DNA of 64,000 bases from Mobula hypostoma (GCF_963921235.1 NC_086097.1:153452001-153516000); one strand, 5' to 3'; numbered from the stretch's first letter, positions 1 through 13,714 are shown. Numbers and translations: made by a program. Notes: generated by a model not told the origin, from the letters alone.

Positions 1-1759
1 GAGATGCTTCAGAAATGGAGCTGCTAAAATCAGGCACTCTTTGTTGACCTGCATTCTCCACATCAGCACATAGTTTTCGTTATATTATTCAATTATCAAG
101 CCCATGCCCTCTATTCATAACATGTATCTTCAAGATTCTGTTTGCTCAGAAGTCCTTTATCTATTGATTTGCATTGGCCTCTTATGTGACAAATGATACC
201 ATGTTGACCTTTCAATCTTAATGTTTAATTACCAGCATAGTCTTGCCCCTGTTCATTCCTGTCTAATTATCAAGCACTACAATCCCCAAGAAACACTATG
301 CTCCTCCAGTTTTATGATTTTGTACATCTCTTACCTTAATTGCTCCACCATTGCTGTCTGAGTTTTGGCATGCCTTTGTCATGTCACTTTGCTTCTTTAC
401 CTCTCTTCTTATGGGATACCTCCTGCAATTTATCTCTCAACTCCCCTTTCATCTTGTATATTTGGTGTTGAATTTTGTTTACTAACAGTCCTGTCAAATG
501 CCTGGTGTGTGCTGCTGCTTTCAGTGTGTTACACAAATGCAGGCTGTCATTACTATTGAACTAGTACCGAAAGAATGGAGGAAATGGGTGTGTTGGGAGT
601 ACAGAGTTATATTTATAGTTCTATTTATGTCTAGCTTCCAAATCCTTTCAGTAAATGACCATTTTGCTATACCTTCCCAAGTTTCAATTAATATCTAGGA
701 AGTCCACTCTTTGACCTTTTCCCTTCATTTTTACTCAATGAACCTGATTGGCCCCTACAGATGCAATATCACAGTATTTCATGGTGCCATATGAATGTTT
801 TAGTTTATCCTGAATTGAGCCTCACACCATGACTACAATTCAAACCCTTCCATTCTGTAATGCAGGGCCCTTTATCAATATTGTATTAAAAAGATATAAA
901 ATACTTCCCACCATTGTGCAGAGATGCAATTGAAAAAAAAAGTTAAATAAAAGTAACGTGGTTTCAGTATATTTTTCATTTTCTGGTAATATTACCTGAC
1001 TGCAGGGAGCAATGTTATTAGTAAACATTTATGAGGAGTATTATGGACATTGTACTGTGGGACTTCACACAATGAAAGAGGCAATACTTCACTATGTAAA
1101 ATAAATTAGGGACTGAAAATGATCACATGCTACTGTAGGAAGGCAAGAAAACTGCAAATAAGACAAGAAGTTGCAGTTAATTTAGCGTTCATCTTTTCAA
1201 TAATTAAAATATATTTTCCAAGTTCTGAAAAATTCTGAGAAAATGTTTAGCTACTGGCTGTATTTTTCCTCTTTATTGAAATGCTGCACAGTTCAATTGA
1301 AGCAGCATTAAAACGTGTTACATAAAATCTCCCTGAAATATAATCCTTTCTTTTTTATTATTCAAGTGATTTTGTTGACATTTTAATATCTGAACATTCA
1401 TTATTGAAATATCCCTGAGGGCTTAATGGGACAGAGTGCAAACCTTGACCGTTATCAAATTCTGCTAGCATTAGCAACACTAATATCTGAAAGCTTTTAA
1501 ATGCCTGATACATAAAGGATGGAACCCAGGCTAGGATGTGCTACAGATCAGATAACAAATAATGTATTTCTACATTAATACCATTTAAATTACAGGATGT
1601 TTCTGATAATAATTTGAGATTAATCCTTTGAAAGTCTATTCACTTACATTCTGGATGGGTATCAGAATGCGAGAAGACTGAGGGACAATTGGCGCCAACA
1701 TAAGTTACGATGTGACTTTATGTTCTTGCAGTGGATTACTCCGACTCTTTTAATACATT

Positions 1760-3050
1760 AATGGGATATGGGCATTGCTGCTAAAGTCACCATTTAGTGC
1801 CCATTCTTAATCGTCCATCAGCAGGTGGGTTGTGCATTTTTGTTTTTGAACACTCGCAATTGCTATTTTGAAGGTACATCTAAGGTACAGTATGGCAGAA
1901 AACTTTGACAGGGAATAGCATAGGATTAACAGCTTATTTCATGTGAGAACATCGAATTTCTTGGTTCCAGCCAATGCCTCTGTTGCCCAGGTTTTTCCAG
2001 ACGGCTGACTGCACTTGACATGTTTGAGAGTTGTTATTACTGGTACAGTGTTGATATGTTACAGTGACAATATAAATTGTCTTTAGGGTATCCAATAATG
2101 AAGAGAAATAATATTAATATTAATGAAGTGAAAGTGATGTCAGCCATCAGGCTGCTTTGTTCTAAATGGAATTTCGCTGATGCTGCTCATTTAGGATACT
2201 GGAAAGCACTTGTGTATTTTTCTGACTTGCACCTTGTTGATGGTAGAAGGGCACTGGGAAGTTAAAAGACCTGTTTTTGTGGCCACATCATTAATATGGT
2301 TTGTCCACTTTAGTTCTTGTCTGAAAGTAATGCCTCAGTTTGGATGATGGAGTAGCTGGTAATGCTGAAGCACACTATAAAGTAGTAAGCCTTTGCTGGA
2401 GATGTCATTTCCTGATTTTTGTATGCCATGATTTCTTGCCTTGTCCAGATCTTGCTGCCTGCAAGCACAAGCAATCATGGAGTCATTGAAATTTGCAGCA
2501 CAGAAGGTTGTCTGCCTCCTTAGAAATTTACAATAATCTGCGAACATTCCCACTTTTAGCTTAATTTTGGATGAAAAGCATTTGTAAGTTGTTTGGCCTC
2601 AGACAATATCATGTGGAACTATAGCAGCTATGTTCTGTGCTGAGATAACTGGCTCCCAACAACTACAATCATCTTGTTTTGTGTATTGCTTCCCTGCTGA
2701 TTCCAATTTAACTTCAAATTTACCAGAGCTGCTTGATATCATCATCTGCCAGAGGCTGCTTTGTCACCTCCTTTCCTGATATTGAATTTTTACCCAGGAT
2801 TGCACCATGGCTGCTAAGAAATCTGAAGCAATATGGAAAGTACAGTGGCAACTGAGGAGAGGTTATTAGTGAGAATGAATACCCTTCCATCACTTTGCAG
2901 TCAATTGAGGACAACACCATGGGAACGTAACTGGACAGGTTGACTAGTAGATAAGGCATACAGTTCCTTGGTGATTTCCATGAGAACAGTGATGTAGATA
3001 TTGAAAGTGAGGGTGAGGTCAGTAGGGAATGTAGCAGGAAGTAAATTTGG
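1760..3050 (-). mobile_element. Old, degenerate LINE fragment (CR1/L2 group), RT C-terminus and 3' end
   Basis: Minus strand near 2290-2335 reads GITFRQELKWTNHIN, resembling the post-RT LINE motif; 1765-1830 resembles a LINE 3' tail. Heavily decayed, boundaries approximate. Confidence 0.4.
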
Positions 3051-4369
3051 CATTAAAAATATAAATGCATTCTTAAAGATGAGAAAATCTGCAGATTCTG
3101 GAAATCCAAAGCAACACAAAATGCTAGAGATTTGAATGCATTTTGACTATTTTCTAAAAAGTCAATCTTAGATGTCCCATTCAGGGACTTGCAGTAATAT
3201 TATTTTCTGATTGTATGTGCTGGATCATTGGTGACTATACGTTAAGTGTTTTGCATATTGGCCCCAGAGGAACTATGCTTTGTTTAGCTGTATACATATA
3301 TATGATTGAATGACAATAAACTTGAATTTCAACTTGAATAAGAATCATTGATCACGCATCCTTTGTGGAAACATCTTCAAAAGTCACATCAGGGGATAAC
3401 TTGTTTCACACCTGGCAGCAATGCCACTGTCCCTTTCCACATAATAAAGCGTAGCTGTAGAAGTCAAGGCTGCAGCAGAATGAAGGTGTAAGATGATTCA
3501 TGGGTCTGCACATTTTACAGATAGCACGTCATCTTAGGCAAGTAACAGTATATTTGATATTCAAGATGATGCTCATGAAGCAAAGAGCTGTTTGTCAATA
3601 TCCCCTGAACTCTGAGGCATTATTGCTTTGAAACTTTGTTCTGTTTATGTTATGACATATGACATCTCAAGGTTTTATCCATTTTCACTATCTAAATTAA
3701 CAGAGATAAGTCCCCAGTGGAAATAAGTTAATAATTACTTGATCAAACAAACCTTTCAAACAGATAGAAGCACATGACCTAGGTCTAGCAAATGCAGTGC
3801 CATGTCAGTAGTGAATATCCTCTAGAGGTTTACTGAATAATTCTTCATAAATAGTATTGGCTGCCTTTGAGAACTTCTGTTCTGACATCCAACATCAGAT
3901 GTCAAGGTAGCAATCAGCAGTAGAAACACTGGCTGGGTTTTCAATTTCTAATCCAGAGTGCAAACACAAGCTGTAGACACAGAAATAGATATAAAAAGGC
4001 CAACTGCTCTACCCAATATGTCCTACCTATGAAATGGCCACAATGCCTAATTGGTTTCACTCTCCACAAATAACTCCTGTGAAAGGTGAAATTATAGAGT
4101 AAACAAAATTCTGGGAAATTACTATTTGATATCTAAGGAAAATTAAGCTTGGAAGTTATAGCAATAAATAGATGGAAGAAATGATTAATGTTTGTTAACT
4201 TCCTTTCGTTACTTGAGGAGTTTACTTAATTATGAAGACTTCAACAAGCTTCCTTTTGGAGATCTGTGGTGCTAACTTGGTAAATTGATTTGTATAGCCA
4301 TATATACTGAGCTGAAACACAGGAAAAACTTTGTTTTACATGCCATTCATCTGTATCATTTCATCACAG

Positions 4370-4881
4370 CAGTACGTTGAGGTAGTACAAGGGCAAAGCA
4401 ATATTAGAATGCAGAATAAAGTGCTATATTTAGAGAGAAAGTGCAGTGCATGCAGACAACAAGATACAAGGTCATGATGAGGTAAATCATGAGGACAAGT
4501 ATCCATCTCATCCTACGAAAGGTCTATTCAATTGACTAATAACAGTGGAATAGAGGCCGTCCTTGAGCTTGGTGGTATCTGTTTCTGGACGTTTGTATCT
4601 TCTGCTCAATAAGCAGAGGGGAAGAAGAGAGAATGCCCAGAATAAAAGGAGTACTTGATTATGTTTTCTTCTTTAATAAGGTAACAAGATGTAGATACAG
4701 AGTCCATGATGAGGAGGCTGCTTCTCATGATGTGCTGAGCAGTATCCATAAATTCCTGCAGTTTCCTGTCATCTTGCACAGAGCCAGTGCCACACCACAC
4801 CATGAATCATCCAAGTAGAATACTTTATAAGGTGTACCTATAAAAACTGGTAAGTGGCAATGGGGATATCTTAGATTTCTT
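4370..4881 (-). mobile_element. Rex1/Babar-type LINE 3' fragment
   Basis: ORF 4606-4803 (WCG...RKLQEFMDTAQHIM) resembles the C-terminal ORF segment of the Rex1 copy at 12560-12800 (KKLQKIVNTAQHIT). Confidence 0.55.
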
Positions 4882-5408
4882 TAGAAACATAGAAAATAGG
4901 TGCAGGAGTAGGCCATTCGGCCCTTCGAGCCTGCACCACCATTCAGTATGATCATGGCTGATCATCCAACTCAGAACCCTGTACCAGCCTTCCCTCCATA
5001 CCCCCTAATCCCTTTAGCCACAAGGGTCATATCTAACTCCCTCTTAAATATAGCCAATGAACTGGCCTCAACTGTTTCCTGTGGCAGAGAATTCCACAGA
5101 TTCACCACTCTCTGTGTGAAGAAGTTTTTCCTAATCTCGGTCCTAAAAGGCTTCCTCTTTATCTTCAAACTGTGACCCCTCGTTCTGGACTTCCCCAACA
5201 TTGGGAACAATCTTTCTGCATCTAGCCTATCCAATCCCTTTAGGATTTTATATGTTTCAATAAGATCCCCCCTCAATCTTCTAAATTCCAGCGAGTATAA
5301 GCCTAGTTGATCCAGTCTTTCATCATATGAAAGTCCTGCCATCCCAGGAATCAATCTGGTGAACCTTCTTTGTACTCCCTCTATGGCAAGGATGTCTTTC
5401 CTCAGATT
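4882..5408 (-). mobile_element. CR1 LINE, 5'-truncated 3' end
   Basis: ORF 4971-5453 RKDILAIEGVQRRFTRLIPG...RTRGHSLK...RKNFFTQRVVNLWNSLP is a typical CR1 ORF2 C-terminus; TAGAAACATAGAAA tail at 4882; near-identical to 22595-23037. Confidence 0.93.
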
Positions 5409-5854
5409 GAGACTATCCATCATATAAATATTATTGTGAAGAAAACACAACATGCGCTCCTCTTCTTCAGGAGGCTGTGGAGGTTCGGCCTGTGGATGGA
5501 ATTAGATCAGAATCCGGCCATGCTGTCATGAAAAGTATGGAGAGTAAATCTGGAATGTGGACACAGACCTGGGAAACACCATTCCTGAGGATATACGTGT
5601 TGGAGGTGTTGCTGCTTGTCTTTACTGATTGAAGTCTGTTGGTCAGGAAGTCAAGGAAGGTAAGTCTGTATTACTGCAGTTAACATACTTCTGTTATACC
5701 AGCAGGGACTAGTTAACACAGACTGAACATTGAATCACAGTAGGTGGATATTGCTTTTCTACTGTACACATGCTGTGCTTATAGAAGTAGTTAACAACCA
5801 ACACTAGGAGAACTCACTTTTTAAGCAGATTTAAACTACAGCATTAAGTTTAAC

Positions 5855-6355
5855 TGTTCACATTCTGCTATCTCCACTGCAGAAGCAAGAGGAGGAGCTT
5901 GAAGCTCCTTCAATAATTCCAAAAGACTGAAGTAGGGTAAATACTGAAAGGCTTTTATTCGCAGTAAGACGTGACCTCCATGCTGAGTGTCTGCCCCCGG
6001 GCTGAGGGGGAGGAGCAAGGCGAAATCACCTTTATTCAGGGGTCTGTGGGAGGAGCCACAGGAGCAGTCAGCAGGGGGGCGAGTCCAGACAGTTAACCCA
6101 GTTACCACATGTATATGGTTTACCACAGAGCTACAGGAGCCTGAAGACATACATTCAACATTTTAGGAACAGCTTTTTCCTCTCCACTATCAGACTTCTG
6201 AATGGGCTATGAATCCATGAACACTACCTCACTATTTTGCACTCTTTTTGCAAGGATTTTCAAAATATATTTCTTATTGTAACTTGGATTGCTTCTTTTT
6301 TTTTAAGTATTGCACTGCACTGCTCCGTAAACAATAGATGTATGTCAATGATACT
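5855..6355 (+). mobile_element. Rex1/Babar-like 3' end, split by the solo LTR
   Basis: ...ggag[LTR]ctacaggagcctgaagac...aggaacagcttttt...ttgaacactacctcac-like sequence matches 16570-16680. Confidence 0.6.
5900..6127 (-). mobile_element. Solo LTR, 228 bp
   Basis: Minus strand begins TGTGGTAAA and ends GCTTCA, with internal AATAAA; perfect 5-bp TSD GAGCT at 5895-5899 and 6128-6132; interrupts a Rex1-like 3' tail. Confidence 0.8.
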
Positions 6356-7534
6356 TTCTAAGCAAACTTCTTCCTGCTGGACAACAACACCACATCCTGG
6401 TGATATAGTTTAGGGGAGACCCTGAAAAACTTGGATCTTTTTGCATATCTTAGAGAAAGTAGACATAGCTGATGAACTTGGCCATTAAATGCAATGCACC
6501 AGTACAGTCCTTAACAGACAGAGTCTTTTGATTCTTTGAGTCTTTGAAGACCAAGCTCTCAAACCTTTTTATCAAAGTCACTGTCTATTGAGTAGAAGTG
6601 AAACTCTCCAACATTCTAGCATTAAGGATCACATTGTGCTCTATTCAGTATGAAAGGGGCAGTCTGCCTCTGTCAGTGAGTTAAGTTACAGCCCTTTGCA
6701 GTGTAGGCCTGAGCTTCACTTTTCAATTCAGCAGGTCTTGAAATGTTTGTGTGTGATCTATGTACTTTTGAAACCAGTCTCAAGTTCAGTCGGACTTTGG
6801 GAGTTTTTCTAATGGGCTTTTTCGAGAAAAATTTTTTTTAAATGAATATCATAAGTATTATGTTTAAAAGCTTTAGATTAGACACTCAGACTCATGTTTT
6901 TGGTGCTATGGATTCCAGATGTACACAATTTCAAAGTAACTTGTACCTTGGGCTACTTGTAACATTGAATTACATTGTATATACACAGAGATATTCAGAG
7001 TATTCCATTGTGAGTTCAAACTTCAAGCAATGTTGACAGCTTTGCTGCAATGAGCTGTAGTATACATATGCACTTTATACACAAGGTGGGATATGTAAAA
7101 AATTTATATCCAAACAGAAGGACCTGCACAATGCTAGTTCCAAGAATATTCATTTCAAGTAGGTTTGTTGAGATTGTGTTAGAAAAGAAGTTATTATGCT
7201 CTCTGTGCCTGATATTTGGAACTGCCAGGATTCTACTGATGATTCCTAATTAACTGAGATGAACCATTCTTGCTATGTGATTTTAAAAAATAGTGCTTTG
7301 ATACTGTTTCAGCTGAGCCTCCACCACTAATGAAAAGCAGAGAAGGAGGATGCCAAGAATGGACTAACATGCCAGTGTAGACTAAAAGAGGAGAAATAAA
7401 AAGACCCTAACCAAACTGATAGGTCACATACAAAATACTTTAAGCATAACATACTTTTGATTTTCCTTTTTGCCACAAAAGGAACATTTACCGACTTGTG
7501 AATAAAATTAGGAATATAGAGTAATTTTACGTTA

Positions 7535-8983
7535 CAGGTGTCCCCCGCTTTTCAAACGTTCGCTTTACGAAACCTCACTGTTACGAAAGACCTACATTAG
7601 TACCCTGTTTTCGCTTTCAGAAGGTGTTTTCACAGTTACGAAGAAAGGCAGCGTGCGCCCCAAGAAGCCGCTCTCCCCCAGATTCGGAACGGCATTGCTT
7701 AAACATGTTACATTGAGCAGCCGTTAGCAAGATGAGTTCTAAGGTGTCGGAAAAGCCTGAAAGCGTAAGGGTGTTACACCTAGCGTAAAACTAGACATAA
7801 TTAAGCGTTTCGATCGTGGTGAACGAAGCAAGGACAAAGTGAGCTTGGCTTGTGGAAGCTGACGAAGATGATGTTGAAGAGGTTTTGGCATCCCATGACC
7901 AAGAACTGATGAAAAGCTGATGCAATTGGAAGAGGAAAGGCTAACAATCGAAACCGAATGCAGTAGCGAAAGTGAAGCAACTGTGTGAGATTTTTGCTGC
8001 AATGATAAAGCACGACTTTAATTTTGAAAGGGTACTTAGGTTTAGGGGATATTTGCAGGATGGTTTGAGTGCTTACAAACAACTGTATGATAGAAAAATG
8101 CGTGAGGCTCAGTAGTCAAGCAAGCATTCCACATCAGCCACAGCAGACGACGAACCTCGACCTTCGACATCGAGGCAGGCAGTCATAGGAGAAGATGAGC
8201 TGCCTGCCCTGATCGATGAGATGACACCCCTGTGTCCCACCACCTCAAGACCCGAGCCCCGGACAGATACTGTACCGATTTGCGGAGAGCACAGCGGTAG
8301 CCGGGAGGCACACAGCACATCTTTAAGAAAAAAGCCGAAATAATCATGCTAATTAATTAGGTGCTGCCTGGCATGTAATTAATTAGCATGTTTATTTCGG
8401 CTTTTTTCTTAAAGATGTGCTGTGTGCCTCCCGGCTACCGCTGTGTTCTTCGCGGCAATGTATCGGGTCAGCGGCCCGGAGGGTAGGGGCCACTGCACCA
8501 CCCCAACCTGCAACGACTCAGCCTAACACACCATCATCAGTGTGCTCGGCGCTGTTTTCCCAATTCCAGTAAGTGATACTACACTGTACATACATTATTT
8601 CTACTTTATATAGGCTGCGTATTTTTACGTGTTATTTGGTAGATTTGGCAGCTTCATAGTTTAAAGGTTACTGGAGAGCGCGTTTATGCCGAGAGCGCTT
8701 GCATGAGATTTTCGCTACGGAGATCTGTGCAGGCAATCGTTGTAGAGAAGTATTTCTACTTTATATACGCTGTGTATTTATCATATCATTCCTGCCTTTA
8801 CTATATGTTACTGTTAGGTTTTATGTGTTATTTGGCATGATTTGGTAGGTTATTTTTGGGTCTGCAAACACTCACAAAATTTTCCCATATAAATAAATGG
8901 TAATTGCTTCTTCACTTTACAACATTTTGGCTTACGAACCGTTTCATAGGAACGCTCTACCTTCAGATGGCGGGGGAAACCTG
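7535..8983 (+). mobile_element. Internally deleted TcMar-Tigger/pogo DNA transposon
   Basis: TA-CAGGTGTCCCCCGC ... GCGGGGGAAACCTG-TA terminal inverted repeats with TA TSD; ~7762-7835 encodes KRKGVTPSVKLDIIKRFDRGERSKD, a CENP-B-like HTH N-terminus; no DDE domain seen. Confidence 0.85.
8282..8453. repeat. Long near-perfect inverted repeat inside the Tigger
   Basis: ACAGCGGTAGCCGGGAGGCACACAGCACATCTTTAAGAAAAAAGCCGAAATAA... from 8291 is mirrored at ~8376-8444; loop about 16 nt. Confidence 0.95.
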
Positions 8984-8985
8984 TA

Positions 8986-9100
8986 TCTTGCTGGCTAATG
9001 TGCAGTTTCTGGTGAATAAAATCGATGATCTCAGAGCTACAGTGCTGAATCAGAGGGACATTAGGACCACGTGGGTCCTTTGTTTCACGGAATCCTGGAA
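8986..9100 (+). mobile_element. Short Rex1/Babar endonuclease N-terminal fragment
   Basis: ILLANVQFLVNKIDDL...LCFTESW, homologous to 10238-10360. Confidence 0.7.
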
Positions 9101-9179
9101 TCCTTGTTCTCCACACAAATGTTCTTAACCTTCCGAAATTCAGGTTTTCTTGGCATCTTGGAATGGATTTTCTACCGGT

Positions 9180-12100
9180 GCCTGTTAATGCACTCCCCAG
9201 AGTACTGAAGGAAGTTGCCTAGAAACAGTGCACTTGTGGTCATCCTCCAAAATTTAGTAAGCCTTGAAGGAGATCCAACTGTCTGGTGGGTAGCAAATAT
9301 GTACACTTAATTTAAATACAGGAGGTGAAGGAGGAGAAAACAGGAAATCACAAAATTGTAAGTCTACTACCATTGTTGAGGAAGATACCAGAATTTATCG
9401 TAAAATCTATAATAGTAAAAGATGGCATTTAAGGATTTCCATTAAAGATGGCGCTGGTAACTGGCGACTTTGCGTGAGCTCTCCCGAGCAAACTGCCCTC
9501 TCCACTATCCTATACCTGAGAAACCCTTCTAAACCTCCAATCTAGCAAGATCAAGATCAACAACACCCTGGCGAAGCTACTGACCCAGCTGGAGACCACC
9601 GCGCCAGAACTGCTTCTTAAACTCCGGACCGCACCTGGACCTGACTAGCGAGGCCCACCACGTTCTCAGAGACCCGCGGTCTGCTACCGTGCCGGAGTGC
9701 TTGGAGACACGCCCATTCCGACCAGCACCTCTCTGGAGCAGACGACCACACAGAAGTGACAGCGGAGACCTCAAAGTGCCCCAGACACCTCCCCGAAGCG
9801 ACCACCGTAAAGCCCCAGTGGTGGCCATCCACAGCTGCCGTAAGTGAGGCCTCTGCGGCCGACCTCCGAAATTAAGCCCAAGGCTCGGCTGGAGCGGAGG
9901 CCTCCGCAACCATGACTCGGCTTAAGGACTTTTTTTCAGCCAGGAGCCCAGCCATCTGGGATTAAGTGTCGGCTTCGGGGCCCGACCCAATCGACAGCCT
10001 GGGCCCCAGGCAGCTAGAAGTGGCAGTGGAGCCTCCCTCGTTACTCGGCCCGACCCGGAGCATCCGACAACGTGACCCGCTGATCGATCCCCGCGGGATG
10101 CGTCCACCAACCGCAAAGAGTTGACAACAACACACTGCATCGATGGAAACCTGGAAAGATGCACTACTTACCGAGGAAGCGTGGGAAAAGATCTGGGCTG
10201 CTGGTCAGATTGAAGTTCAGGGGCTTCGGGGTCCCTATGCCCACCATCCTACTAGCTAATGTGCAAGCCATAGAGAACAAGGTGGATGATCTTAAAGGAA
10301 GCCTCACCTACTGCAGGGAGATGCAGAACTGCTGTGTATTCTGTTTCACCGAGACCTGGCTCTCCCCTGCCACCCCCGACTGTGCCATCTGACCGGAGGG
10401 ATTTTTGATCCATCGGATGGACTGCACGGTGTCTTTGGGCAAGACAAGAGGAGGTGGTGTCTGCCTACTGATCAACACTGCGTGGTGCTCAGACACAGTG
10501 GCACTGACAAGCTCCTGCAGCCCGGACCTGGAACACCTGTCGATGAAGTGTCGTCCCTTCCATCTGCCACGGGAATTCACCTCGGTCATACTAACAGCGG
10601 TCTACATTCCCCCCCAGGCGGACGTGGAGTGTGCCCTGAACATACCGTAAGCCCACATCAGCGAACTTGAGACCAGGTATCCGGAGGCTTTGCTCATTAC
10701 AGCTGGGGACTTTAACTAGGCCAACCTCAGAAAGGCGCTGCCAAAGTTATACCAACATGTCTCCTGCCCCACTAGAGGCCCGAATATACCTGACCACCGC
10801 TACATAGCAGTCAAGGATGCCTACCATTCCGTCCCACGACCTCACTTCAGAAAATCGGACCATCAGGCCGTACTCCTCCTCCCGGCTTACAAAAAGAAAC
10901 TGAAGCGGGAGGTCACGGTGTCAAAAGTAGTGCCGCGTTGTACAGAGGAAACGGATGAGGTCCTCCGTGACTGCTTTGAACCGGTGGACTGGTTAGTATT
11001 CAAGGACTCGGCAGCTAACCTCGATGAGTATGCCTCAACTGTCACGGACTTTATTTGGAAATGCACGGAGGACTGTGTGTCTGGCAAGATGATCTGGGTA
11101 TTCCCTAACTGGAAACCTTTGATGAATTATGAGGTCAAGTCCCTTTTGAAGGCTAGAGCTGCGGCTTTTAGGTCCGGGGATACCAGTCACTACACGGAAT
11201 CCAGCCGTGAACTCCAGAAAGCCATTAAGGGCACCAAGAGGCAATATCCAGCAAAGTTGCAAGCCCAGGCTAACCAGAGGGATGCCAGTAGACTATGGCA
11301 GGGTCTAAATGAGATCACTGAGTGCAAAGAAAAGGCTGGGAATATCAATAACTATGGCACTTCTCTTCCTAACGAACTTAACGTATTCTATACAAGATTC
11401 GAACAGAAGAGGAGCGTCCCGCTCCCTCCGGATGAACCGAACCTGGTGGCATTGAGATTCATCATCACTGAGGAGGATAGTAGAAGGGCCTTCCTGAAGG
11501 TAAATCCAAGGAAGGCGACAGGCCCAGATGTCATCCCAGGAGGGGTTCTCCTGGCCTGTGCAAGCGAGCTAGCTGGAGTGTTTGCTGACATCTTCAACTG
11601 CTCCTTGCTTCAGTCTAAGATCCCCTCGTGTTTTAAGAAGGCAACGATAATCCCAGTACCGAAGAAGAGCAAGGTGGTATGCCTGAATGACTGTCGACCT
11701 GTGGCTCTGACATCAATTGTTATGAAGTGATTCGAGAGATTGGTTTTGGCACACATCAACCACAGCCTACTGGTCAACCTCAACGCTTGGCAATTAGCCT
11801 ACTGGAGCAACAGGTCAACGGCAGATGCCATCTCTCTGGCCCTACATTCCTCCTTGGAACACCTGGAGAATAAAGACACATACGTAAGGCTCCTTTTCAT
11901 TGACTACAGTTCTGCCTTTAATACCATCATTCCAGATAAACTGATTCCTAAGCTCCAGAACCTGGGCCTTAGCACTGAGATCTGCAGCTGGATCTTCAAC
12001 TTCCTCACAGACAGGACCCAGGCTGTAAATTAGGGGACAAACTCCTCTACAATCACTCTGAGCACCGGTGCCCCACAAGGCTGTGTACTCAGCCCCCTGC

Positions 12101-13670
12101 TGTACTCACTGTACACCCATGATTGTGTAGCCAAGTTTCCATCAAACTCAATACACAAGTTTGCTGATGACACAACAATTGTAGTACGTATCTCAGGTAA
12201 TGATGAGTTTGAGTACAGGGAGGAAATTAAGAACCTGGTGGCATGGTGTGAAGACAATAACCTATCCCTCAACATCAGAAAGATGAAGGAATTGGTTGTT
12301 GACTTCAGAAGGAGTAGCGGACCGCACGACCCAATTTACATCGGTGGCGTGCAAGTGGAACAGGTCAAAAGCTTTAAGTTCCTCGGGGTTAATATCACAA
12401 ATGACCTGACTTGGTCCAACCAAGCAGAGTTCACTGTCAAGAAGGCCCACCAGCGCCTTCCTGAGAAAACTAGAGAAATTTGGCCTGTCCCCTAAAACCC
12501 TCACTAATTTTTACAGATGCAACGTAGAAAGCATTCTTCTAGGGTGCATCACAACCTGGTATGGAAGTTGTCCTGTCCAAGACCAAAAGAAGCTGCAGAA
12601 GATCGTGAACACAGCACAGCACATCACACAAACCAATATTCCGTTCTTGGACTCACTTTACACTGCATGCTGTTGGAGCAGTGCTGCCAGGATAATCAAG
12701 GACATGACCCACCCAGCCAACACACTTTATGTCCCTCTTCCCTCCGGGAGAAGGGTCAGGAGCTTGAAGACTCGTACGGCCAGATCTGGGGACAGCTTCT
12801 TTTGAACTATGATAAGACTGCTGAACGGATCCTGACCCGGATCTGGGCCGTACCCTCCAAATATCTGGACCTGCCTCTTAGTTTTTTTTGCACTACCTTA
12901 CTTTCCAGTTTTCTATTTTCTATTTATGATTTATAATTTAAATTTTTAATATTTACTATTTTTAATATTTAATATTTGTAATCCACGGAGTGGGAAGCAC
13001 AGAATCAAATATCGCTGTGATGATTGTACATTCTAGTATCAATTGTTTTGTGACAATAAAGTATAAAGTACTCCGAAGAGCACTATATGTGGTTATTCTT
13101 ACCCTAGGCCATTAGGCAATAATAATGAGCCAACCTATAGCCTGGGAAGTGATGATTCCCTCCTGGTAGACTGTTTAAGATAAATCATTTTTTATTCTTT
13201 CTTAGTTCTCCTCTAATATTTATATATTTGTATATCTCTGCACTTGTTATGCTACTGTGACACTATAATTTCCTTTGGGATCAATGAAGTATCTATCTAT
13301 CTTTCTAAATTGATCATTTAGAAGCATTATGGGATTGGACAAAGTCAACTTGTTTTTATAAAAGGGAAATTATACTTCACAATTCCACTGAAATTTTCAG
13401 AGTCTTATAAGTGTACAGTACATCATTCAAGCATCTGTCTAAAGATAGCTTAAGCATAGTGATTATATCAATTAAAGCACATCTTCTGATGGCATGTTCC
13501 AGATATAAACCACTTTCTATGTAGAAAAAAATTTCCTCAGATCTTCTTTGAAATTCCTTCCTCTCACCTTAAACCAACCTTTTTAGAGAAAGGGATAACC
13601 AAGGTCTAATTGGATTTTAGATAAGTTCCTTTATAACAGGCTAATTTAGAAAGTTAAAGCATATGAAACC
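9180..13670 (+). mobile_element. Old CR1 RT fragment in two pieces (~9180-9410 and ~13310-13670), split by Rex1 insertion(s)
   Basis: Left piece resembles LKEVA...ANVTPLFKKG...; right piece continues HLE...GQSQ.GF.KGK...; collinear with CR1 ORF2 at 49300-49900 (minus). Confidence 0.55.
9443..13050 (+). mobile_element. Near full-length Rex1/Babar non-LTR retrotransposon with disrupted EN-RT ORF
   Basis: Starts AAGATGGCG; GC/CpG-rich 5' region; AP endonuclease (ILLANVQAIENK, FTETW, SDH) from 10238; RT ([38 protein letters not shown] at ~12160); several stops and frameshifts; AATAAAGTATAAAGTA tail. Confidence 0.92.
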
Positions 13671-13714
13671 GGAAATAATATAGAAAGTTAAATATTCAAG
13701 AAGTTCAAAGTAAG

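Noticed and set aside
4378..4430. let-7-like TGAGGTAG and miR-17-like TAAAGTGC seeds
   Set aside because: Only seed-length matches inside a LINE 3' UTR, with no precursor hairpin.
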